A stretch of 20,000 nt of DNA from Catajapyx aquilonaris (Eukaryota). Positions 10,422 to 20,000 of the stretch are shown one piece after another (within the stretch, counting starts at the first letter, position 1; each line of letters starts with the position of its first letter). Both the position numbers and the translations under genes were made by a program. The stretch lies in the NCBI GenBank assembly GCA_000934665.2, contig JYFJ02002012.1, positions 44,490 through 64,489 on the forward strand. The letters are read 5' to 3'. Below the pieces are notes generated by a model that made no database searches, was not told the origin of the DNA, and worked only from the letters and a program-made list of their open reading frames with translations.

Positions 10422-13400
10422 ATGAAGCTGTTGTGCCTAGGACTGCTCTTTTGGGCGGGTCTGCACTCGGCCATCGCCAAGACAGGCAAGTGTTTCCATT
10501 GCATGTTTTTCGCAAACGTATACTATTTCAACTTTACCATCGAAACTTAGAACTTATGCTATACAATGAAGCTTGATTGATACTGAAAGAAATTATGACA
10601 AGCATTTTAATGAGTACAAGTAGGTGCTGGTATTTGAAAACCCAATTAATTATCCTGCTAAATACACACAGAAATTTGTATCTTTATTTGCACTTTGTCT
10701 TAGTGTCTTAATATTGTATAGTTATGGTTGGGGGATTGAATTTTAATTTTCAAATTTGGTCATCTTTTTTGGGCGGACAAAAGCAGATTTTCAAGTTGGG
10801 TAATGGAGTGCAAATACGGATCCAGTGGTGCCTTATTGGTGTACCTGAATGTGGCAACAATTTAACGAACTATCCGCTATCGGCGCCTAAAAAAGCGTTT
10901 GTCAAACACTGACTCACTGATAGTGACTTGGCAACTGTAATCACCAAGATTGTGCGTCTGTTTGCATTCGCTTTCTACGAGGAGACAAAAAACGGTTACA
11001 AGCCCAAAATACAACATTGGTGTCCCTCAACTTATTTGTTATGGAATGTATTACTTTATGAACATAACTGTATCAATACGTATGATATGCGCATGTATGC
11101 AAACATTATTGCAATGTACCAGTTTGTGCAAAAAGATTCAGACAAGTGGTTCGAGGTTTTACTGTTTCATCCTTCATTGGATGAGTAATATTTTCCAAAC
11201 CATTTTCGTGAACCTAGCCAGCTCTAAATCGAAAAGTCAACCTATCATTATTTATCTGCCTTTGTGCGATTATTCGTGAACTTCTTACAGATAAACCAAA
11301 AGTCAATTATCACTTACCTTGAGTAAAATTCTGGTCTGGCTATTCAACTGTGAATCTGACTAATACTGAATTCTCCATCAGACTATATGTCGGCAGCAGC
11401 CAGAGATGACACCCCCTATGTTCTGACCCCTCAAGAACTGGCCAGAATTAGGGCCGAATTCATGTACCCCTTCTCGGACCAAGGTCCTCCAGAAGGTCAC
11501 GGAGACTGGATGAACAACATAAAAGACACAAACCCACAGATCAACCAACAACTCAATTTCCTCTTCCCATTCTACGGATTTGGATACAACTACACCTGGG
11601 TACGGAAAAGTACTCCAACTTTATAGTACATGAACATAATCCTGTGGTTGTCTATTGGCAGGTGTCTCTCAATGGATTCTTAGCATTCAGTGACTCTCCA
11701 GACATATTCACGTACCCTCTTAACTTTCCGATGAAAGATTGGCCTTCAGTGAACGACCCATCCTTCATAGGACCGTGGTTCAGCAGGTGTAGCATTGGAA
11801 AACAAAAAGGTGTTGAGGCAGACAGACGACGACCTGGAGTGTACTTCCGGTAAGTAATGAGGGTAATGAGACACACACCACAAATATTTTTAACATATAT
11901 ATTTTCGCAGTTTGGAGCGTGATTTGCCTAAACGAGTGGACAAGTTTGGTGTCCAGCTTAGGGAACGTCTTAAGTGGGACTTGAGAGAATCGATGATCGG
12001 AACTGAGGCTTTTGAACCTCGACATTCCTTCATTACCACCTGGAAAAATGTCACGTTTGCTGGAGGTTACCGATCTCAAGAGGTGGTAAGTATCGTCTTA
12101 GCACTGCTGTTGCGGTATGACTCTTGAGTGTTTTTGTCGTTTTTCAGACCAACACCTTTCAGTCCGTACTCACTACGGATGAGATCCGTACTTATGTCAT
12201 TTTCAACTATCAGTTCATTGAATGGACAACTGCCACTGAAGCTGGAGGAGATATCAACAAGGGTTTGGGAGGCACCCCCGCTTTCGTGAGTGTCTAGTAT
12301 TTTTCAACTCATTTTAACACAAAAAATAGTACCAACAAAATACTCGTTTATTTTTGTGGCACAGATCGGATTTAATGCTGGAAATGGAACTAGATCCTAC
12401 GAATACAAACCATTTTCACAAACGGCCAAGATCATGGACGTACTCACCACTGGAAATGCGAACGGATTCCCTGGTCGACATGTGTTCAGAATTGACGAAA
12501 ACATCTTATCTGGAGTTTGCCGTCCTGACTACTGTAAGTGACACGTAATATTTTTTGACTATGAGTGTCATTCAGCTGTCCATGAATTTTTCCCATTATT
12601 TTCATTATTTGGTTGATTGCTTCATACTACTTTCTGTCACAGATCTTACGAATCTGCCCTTGACCTTCGCCCCAGAGAATGGCAACATGCTGGGTGGAAC
12701 ATTGGTCAACATATCTGGGCCTTGCTTCAAGCCAAACATGAGGGTCAATTGCAGGTAGGTAACACTTTGTATGACATACCCTCTACTTCAACTAACATGC
12801 AACATCCTCTCAGGTTCTACACGACGGAGGTGACTGGATGGGTTTTTGATCAGAACAGAGCTGCATGCATCATGCCACGAGTCTACACTAATGGGTACAT
12901 CGACTTCGCTGTTGCTATCGACGGAGGCCCATACTACTGGAAAGGACGTTTTCTAGTTGGTAAGTCCCGATTAATAACAGTACAAAGATCCAGATTCATG
13001 CTGTTTATGTTTGTGCAGAAACTCCACTGACAACCCATGACATGATATGGTTCCAAACTGACGACGTACAGTTAAAAAATCCGACATCATTTCAAATCAA
13101 CTGGGACATTGGGAACTTGACGCAGAATACAAACGCGCGGGTGCAAATATCGCTATGGGGCTATCGAGAAAAGACGATCAGACCAGAAATCGTCTATATT
13201 GACACCCTAGTACCTGGTACTGCCAATATTGGTAAATATACCTTGACAATGTCAGACTACGACACCAAGTACAACACGGACCTGCTGGACCTCGATTTCG
13301 GTTTCATCCAGATCAACATCACAAATCCTCAGTCAGAGTTGAAAACATCCATATCTCCGTGAGTATACCGGTACATCTCTCGATTGGAATCATGCATGAT

Positions 13401-16186
13401 GGGTTCGATGTTCCGCAGGCAAATCTGGAGCAAGCCCATACCACTGGCCTGGTATTTCCGAAGACAGTGGGAGAGGCAGCTGGGGTACGACTGGGTGGTG
13501 ACCAAGTGTTTCAACTGGATCTACAGGGATCGTAGCTACCGAAACTTCGCAGGTGCACTGCCAATGTGTCCATGTCTTTTGCGTCAGGCTGTGGCTGACA
13601 AAGGACGGTATGCACCTGACTTCTCCTGTGACAAGGACGGGAACAGCAATTGCTACTACCATCAAGGAGCCAGACATTGCGTCAGGACAGGGCTGCCAAA
13701 GTACGTTGATAACAATAAATAACTATAAGCACTACTACAACTAAGTGACCATTTTCAGCACTGACGGTGCCGGACAGCAATGTTGCTACGACAAAGACAA
13801 TTACCTGATGATGACTTCGGACAATATGTGGGGAGGTAACCCTCAGAGAGTGCATAATATCGGTATCCTCCCATGGAATGAAGTCGGAAAGGTGCCTTCT
13901 CTGTCATACTGGTACCAAGATATGATTGCCTTCTACATGTGCTGCATGTGGCAGTCGGAGCAGTCTGACTCTTGCATCAGGTACCGGTTCGAGCGACGTG
14001 CATCTCAGGACTGCAGAGGGTACCAACCACCCGCTGTCGGTAAGGCATTGTTAAACCCCAACGACAACGATGTCCGTGTGTACACAGCTTTAACACAGTC
14101 AATGTCTTTCAAGCCGCTGTCTTCGGAGATCCCCACTTCTACACCTTCGACAACCTGCAGTACACGTTCAACGGCAAAGGAGAATTCGTACTGACTCGTG
14201 TCAACACTGCCTCGATGCGTTTGGATGTGCAGGCAAGATTCGAACAAGTGCCACGAAATTTCTACGGGCCTGTGGGTGGTACGACTCTCACAGCCGTTGT
14301 CGGTACGTGCCATCATATATCCGTACTGTTCACTGTACTAATCAAATTTTTTTAAAAAAATTGAACAGCTAAGGACAACTCTTCGACCCAAGTGGAGGTT
14401 CGACTTCGACCTCTGGTAGCTCGCTGGAGGTACAATCTTGATGTTATTGTCGATGGACAGCGCACGTACTTTGACCGACCACCGCAGAAGATCCAGTACT
14501 TCAGAGGTTTGTGATCTGATATTTTTTTTCGAATTTGAGACATAAGATGTTGTTTTTGGGTCTCAGGAGTGACTGTGTACACTCCAAGCAACATCCTGAA
14601 CCAGAGTCAAGTGGTCATTATGTTCCCGACTGGAGCAGGAGTTGAAGTAGTCGAGAACATGGGACATATGACAGCCCGTGTGTACTTGCCAATGGAATTT
14701 GTGGTGAGTTGAACTCTAAAGTTAGGTTCACACGGACATTGTTGTCATTATTTGAGTCGTTTTGTGTAAATTAACATTGAGTCTGTTCGTTTCAGAACAA
14801 AACGTTAGGATTGCTCGGAAATTGGAGTTATGACGTTACAGACGACTTTACGTTACCGGATGGGACAAGAGCATCGACTAGCAATCCGCAGGATAGTTTA
14901 CAGACTGTCCATGACAACTTTGGAATGAAATGTAAGTCGACTCATGAGCTGAATATACTCGTACTCTAAAAGAAAAGGGTGAAGAATTTAAAAAAATTGT
15001 ACATGGTACATATTATTGTTTTTTCATTGCATACATTTTTCAGGGGTACTGGACGATAAGGAGGATCCGCAGAAAGGAAAGTCTCTATTCTACCACGACG
15101 CAAATCGTCCATCCACATTCTATTACGACAAGGACTTCAGGCCAGAGTTTAGAACACGACCTGAAGATATTCTACCTAAGAATGTGTACGTATTATAATT
15201 CTATGCTTATACCCAGTTGGACACACCAATATAATAATTTTGCTCAAAATACTCAGAACCGTGACTGCATCTGACGTCCGAGATTTTTGCGGAGATTCGT
15301 ACCAGTGCCAGTACGACTTCTCGGTCACTTTGGACAAAGATCGTGCCTTCTACTGCAAGTACTACCAGGACAATTACGTCAACATCAGGTTCCTCAACTT
15401 GGCTTATGGTATTAAAATTGATAAAAAGATTTTCTAAAAAATATAGAGCGGGATTTTTTAAAACAATAAACCTAAATGGTGTCTGGTGTATTGATGACCT
15501 TTTTCCTGCAGTGGTGTCGTGCGGGTCACTGACGACCCCCAAGCATGGTCGAAAGAGTACCTACGCCTTCATCCCCAACACCATGGTGAAGTTTGATTGC
15601 GACCCCGGATATCTTCTGGTTGGAGACAGACGACGCTGGTGCTACGCCACTGGAGAGTGGAACATACCCGATAACGGTCCAGCTCGATGCATCTGTAAGT
15701 ATTTTCGTAGCAATGTAAAGTTCTGTACATTTTCGTGGTGTCATCAATGTTTGACTTCCCTCATGACATCCTATCCAACCCCAACCTCCATTAGCCTCGG
15801 CCGACTACCAGGCCCAACAAGCAGGTATCGCCACCGGAATAGTGATGGCCGTGTTGATCCCAGTGATCCTCCTGGGTCTGGCCATCTACATAGTGTTACA
15901 ACGTCGTCGATCCGAGGACACATTCATCAATCCTTCCCGACAGACCCCTCGAACCTCAACCCCTCGTCCTGCATACCCCATGAAGGAAGTAGACAGCAGC
16001 ACAGCCAGCGTTGACCCATCCCGGTCACTCAACACCAGCAGGACCAGCCTCGATTCCAATTGCTCAGGAAAAAAGAAACGCAACTACGATCGTGTCTACT
16101 ACACACACGAACCTCTGCCTGGAAAGGACAATACAGACGGGTTCGAAGGCAAGGACTGGGATATCGGAGAGGAAACTACGGCTTAA
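10422..16186 (+). CDS. mesh: Protein mesh (SUSD2/MUC4-like smooth septate junction membrane protein), isoform A, ~1193 aa
   Basis: Signal-peptide exon 10422-10485 ([21 protein letters not shown]), then exons 11382-11599, 11662-11849, 11911-12085, 12148-12285, 12365-12533, 12643-12754, 12814-12959, 13019-13358, 13419-13700, 13759-14039, 14114-14302, 14369-14506, 14567-14703, 14796-14931, 15044-15185, 15257-15408, 15512-15694 and 15795-16186 (3582 nt, in frame). Domain signatures: NIDO (FPFYGF, VSLNGF, TWKNV, TNTFQ, GFNAGNG); IPT ([14 protein letters not shown]); AMOP (CPC...QQCCYD); VWD ([25 protein letters not shown]); Sushi (SCG...FDCDPGY..C..GEW...C); one TM helix; tail ending ETTA. Confidence 0.93.
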
Positions 16187-16765
16187 TAGCTGGAAATATA
16201 TACACATTTTTATTCTTGATAACACAATATAAATTACATTGTATGGATAGCTTGTAACTGCCTAGGTCGACATGACCCATTCATTTAGATTGGCTGCTGT
16301 AGGACGGAAGAGCAATACCTGTTCGTTAAGGATGATTTGAAACGGAGAGGTATTACGCACCTGACCAGTGACTAGTTTTGTGACTGTTTTTTTTTTAAAA
16401 AAACTGATTGTGTACAGACCTCCAGGAATTAATAAAAAGGAGGAAATCAAAAGAAAGGTTTCCGTTCCACAGCGGCGTTAAAAGGGTCAGTTTTAAATAT
16501 TTATAGTCCTTCCCAGGCAAGGTACCTTACACATATTGCGTTTATAACGAACCAAAAATAGGCGATTGGAAATAGAGGCTTGTCTTGCCGGTGTGGAATA
16601 GAAATCTTTCCACGATTGTTCCTTCCAATGAAAACTATATGGAAAGCTTTCATTTCGAGTCATCACTTCCTCTTTCCCGCACTCATGACATCAATCCAGC
16701 AGTGGCCTCGTGGCTTGCATTGACTTCAGAATATGATAGGATAATGCTCTAATATTCCTACACAG

Positions 16766-17294
16766 CGAGTGCTGACTATGCGGCTCAACAGGCTGGAATA
16801 TCTACTGGAATAGTGATGGCCGTGGTAATCCCAGTGATTATTATCGGCGTTTTGGTGTACATCAGGTGCCGCCAAATACAACTTGAGCGATCCGGTAGCC
16901 ACTACATAGAAAACCCAAGGTGAGCAATACATTTTGCCTTATAAAAATTAATGTAAAGCGAATAACCAAGTTCAAGCTGAAGAACGTCAAATTATATCCA
17001 GTTGTAATGACACAAATCAGGATAAATATCCGATTAATTTGTCAAGCAATATTTACACAAAATTAACTTATGTTATTTTTTTTTTGCCTTGCGTTTACAC
17101 ATCTGTCAATTAGAACAGGCTGGGTTTCTATTGAAAATAATTACAATATGTCACATATTTAACGTGTTTTGTACGACAGATACCGTCCACCACCTGTGCA
17201 AGAGATTAGCAAGACAGGCATCGAATTGGAGCCAACCGTCGAGAAGAAGAGCTCTCCCAAGGAGATGAACATTAGGAAAGAAACGGAAGCGTAA
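16766..17294 (+). CDS. mesh: mesh alternative C-terminus (isoform B, ~1152 aa total): duplicated TM exon 16766-16919 plus terminal exon 17180-17294
   Basis: The acceptor cacag|16766 is phase 1, compatible with the Sushi-exon donor at 15694. It translates SSADYAAQQAGISTGIVMAVVIPVIIIGVLVYIRCR, versus [39 protein letters not shown] in isoform A. A phase-2 donor (gtgagc) joins gacag|17180 to give RYRPPPVQ...RKETEA*. Confidence 0.85.
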
Positions 17295-18621
17295 AAAGTG
17301 TTTAGCAACACTCAATTTTTTTAGAGACATGCAAGTGCGTCATAAATTCACCTCTTTAGTGAAGCAGTGATTAACTGCCCGGTGAATGCTCACATCATTC
17401 AGTTACGTATTTTTAGCAACAATAGATATCATTTAGGTAGAGTCTGAATTTTTGACCGCAATGTATAACTTTCACTACGATTTTCTGTTGTTACATTATT
17501 ACTCCCTTTTTTAAGCTACAGTGATTACATGAATAAGTTCAAAGGTACCCGTTGGTAAAAGTTGTCATTATGTATTGTATTGGAATTGAATATAAATAAA
17601 TGATTTGTGAATGAGTGTTTTATGTAAACAAAATTACAGGATGGGTACGAAATGATTACAGACATTGGATTGGCAAGAATAATACTGTATTTAAATACAG
17701 TACCGTCTGAATCCTTGACGCCTGTAAGGTATGCCACCCGTGATACAAGTGTGCTGTTGCATATCATTCAGGATGAGAAACAGATTTGCTTCCGCTGCCA
17801 TTAGCGTTGACTTTTCGAGAACAAATCGACACTTCAAGTAAGCATACCTCAAGCCAAGACGAACGAAGTTGTTTATAGGTACGTATATTTAGTTTTGATT
17901 TTCCCCCTGGATCCTTTTTTTTTTGTTTTTGTTTTTTGTTTTTTAAATACTAGTATGATTTGTTGCATGGAACTTACAATTAGTTTAATGCATGTGTGAT
18001 GAGGCCCAAAGTAATGCCTTACAACCTACTCATTAGAATACCGGTACTATAAAAGGACGCCATTTAATTGTAAGAGTTGTGAAGAAAAGGTATTTAATTA
18101 CACTTGATACTCTGACACACCATTGCATTGTGTTTATCCTAGTCTTGATCTTTGCAACAAATCACTTAACATTCCAAATGGCATGTGACTACAGAGAATG
18201 TAGCAGAATGTACCGTAGTTTGCTTTCCAGAAGTCATTTCAACTGTGTGTGTCAGTTGAATAAAAATAGTGATAATTTATGTTTGGAGCATGCCAAACAA
18301 AGGTTTCATAAAAATTATCACTTTTAATCATTAATTCAGGGAAAATGTTATGCATTTGAATATCAAACATTCAGGATGACATTTCCAGATTTCTTCCTGC
18401 TTGGCTTCCATAGTGGACTCACTTTGTTTGGGGCAAGATGACTGACATTTGGCTCTTTACTGATGCTATTTTAACTCGAAGGTCAAACCTCTTTTGATAA
18501 GAGCTACTGTACATTATATAAATCACCACGATATCTGGATGTCCACATTATCAAAGAACCTTGGCTTTGTAGACTCAACCATGCCATTTTATTTGCATGA
18601 ACACTACACCTGCATCATAAG

Positions 18622-19308
18622 TAGAGGGTGGATAGTTATGTTTTTACACATATTTTTCCTCTGTATGCACGAGGGCGTGATTTGTACGAAAATCCTAATC
18701 ATGACATCTGGAGTCCAAAAAAGTGGGTTTTATTTTGCATATAAAAGAATATTTCAAGCTTAACGAGATATTTTGGCTCTAGCAACATATTTGGAATATT
18801 TCACACTTTTTCCTTCATTAATCTTGTTATCTACGTATTTCTATTCAAATTATGTCAGGTCCTGCAAAAAAATCATGGCTGGAATATCGTAAACAATATG
18901 GCTGAGATCCTGCGCAGGCACTCTGCAACTGCGGTGCCTGAGATATACACTCACCAGCATGTCTCCATGGTTAAGTTCGCACCAATAACCACATGCGATG
19001 TGGAGAGGTCATTTTCCACTCTCAAGGCCACTCTCAGTGAGAGAAGGCAGCAATTGACTGCATCAGATTTGGAACAAATAATTGTCTCGCATTGCCAATT
19101 CAATGAAAGTAGTGAAATTGAAGACTATTGATGAAGTTGTGATTAAGTTGTGATGTTACTACTGTAAGAAATAAACCTCTTGTGTGAGATAAAGTCTAAA
19201 GTCCATGGCACATAATTTGTATGTATTTATTTTTCAGGGTAATGCAAGAATAAATCGCGAATTGTACACTGGTTTTAGAGAATATTTGAGAGAATATTGT
19301 GCCCTCTA
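18622..19308 (+). mobile_element. Non-autonomous (internally deleted) hAT-superfamily DNA transposon, 687 bp
   Basis: Terminal inverted ends TAGAGGG...CCCTCTA are flanked by an exact 8-bp direct repeat, ATCATAAG (18614-18621 and 19309-19316). An 8-bp TSD is characteristic of hAT. The element contains a transposase C-terminal fragment. Confidence 0.85.
18859..19131 (+). pseudogene. hAT-like transposase C-terminal (dimerization-region) fragment
   Basis: Open frame VLQKNHGW...FAPITTCDVERSFSTLKATLSERRQQLTASDLEQI matches the hATC-type P.T...ERSFS.......R..L motif. No upstream catalytic-domain coding sequence lies inside the element. Confidence 0.75.
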
Positions 19309-19510
19309 ATCATAAGCAAGGTTCTGCTGACAAGATTTATGGAGATGGATGGATATACAAGGCAGAGCTATAGCAAGAATCTTGTGGTATCACACATACA
19401 CATGGATTTTGCCGCAAGCTCATTTTTTCCCCATTGTCACCACTATTAGTCCAGGTCTCATACATACATCCATTAATTGTACCAAAGATTATGCACTAAT
19501 TTCACATATA

Positions 19511-20000
19511 CAGGGTGGTCAGTAAATAATGGCACACAAGCTTCATGTAAAGAGATTCCTTGCGAAAAACCAGTATGTGGAAGTGAAGGTCCGAATGCTC
19601 TGCGATGCGTGGTTATTGCTCACGAGGTCTCCGAAGGTTGTGCCAGCACCATTACTGATACCAGTACCACCACAGCCAGTGTGAATTTTCCATCAGTGGA
19701 AATGAATGGAACCAAAGGTAGTGGTTCTTATAGTCCTAGCGGTTCGCTAAAAAAAACTGCATTTTATGATAGAAGCAAGCCGCTTGGCACAGCGATGCTT
19801 TAGACGATTTAGAAAATATTTGCCCGTAGCAGTCACATTTACATGCCTTAGGGGGGGCAGGGGGGGCCAATTCCCAAAAAAGGGGGGGCAATTTTTTAAC
19901 AAATTAAATATCAGCCGATTTTTAAAATTTAGGTGTCCATTTCATACGTCTTGACGTCCCAAAGATGATTGCCGAAGGACACGAAATTTCGTCTCAGAGG
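19511..20000. mobile_element. Probable Tc1/mariner-type DNA element or MITE, left end (truncated by window)
   Basis: TA|CAGGGTGGTC at 19509-19520 is a typical Tc1/mariner terminus with a TA target site. G-run/A-run low-complexity blocks lie at 19850-19896. The partner TIR is not visible in the window. Confidence 0.4.

Noticed and set aside
10724..11279. ORFs within mesh intron 1 as a nested gene or transposon
   Set aside because: There are no recognisable motifs, coherent splice sites or terminal repeats.
16726..16932. Minus-strand 68-aa ORF
   Set aside because: It is the antisense shadow of the duplicated mesh TM exon.
17525..18610. Short ORFs and scattered splice-like sites downstream of mesh
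   Set aside because: I could not assemble a stop-free spliced product on either strand and found no recognisable similarity.
19477..19954. 108-aa and 62-aa ORFs at the window end
   Set aside because: The first has a non-ATG start and spans the putative element boundary. Neither has DDE or HTH motifs, so they are probably chance ORFs in repeat DNA.
1..20000. Prokaryotic systems (CRISPR array, operon, defence island), tRNA or rRNA genes
   Set aside because: The sequence is intron-rich eukaryotic DNA, and I saw no repeat-spacer periodicity, cloverleaf or rRNA signature.

Overview
This is compact invertebrate (most likely arthropod) genomic DNA with mostly 55-130 bp introns, and all models below were spliced and translated by hand. 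The + strand carries two tandem, complete SLC22-family (Orct/OAT-like MFS) transporter paralogs with matching intron positions (~183-4162 and ~5940-8741). It also carries a complete mesh/SUSD2-type gene (signal peptide-NIDO-IPT/TIG-AMOP-VWD-Sushi-TM; 10422-16186/17294). The main discovery is a complete 6-exon, 292-aa antisense gene (2312->813) with no family I recognise. It lies inside one 1.8-kb intron of the first SLC22 gene, where the paralog has only a 125-bp intron. The mesh gene has a GC-AG first coding intron and a tandemly duplicated transmembrane exon, predicting two mutually exclusive C-termini. The 3' end of the window holds a 687-bp non-autonomous hAT element with an exact 8-bp TSD and the probable left end of a Tc1/mariner-type element.
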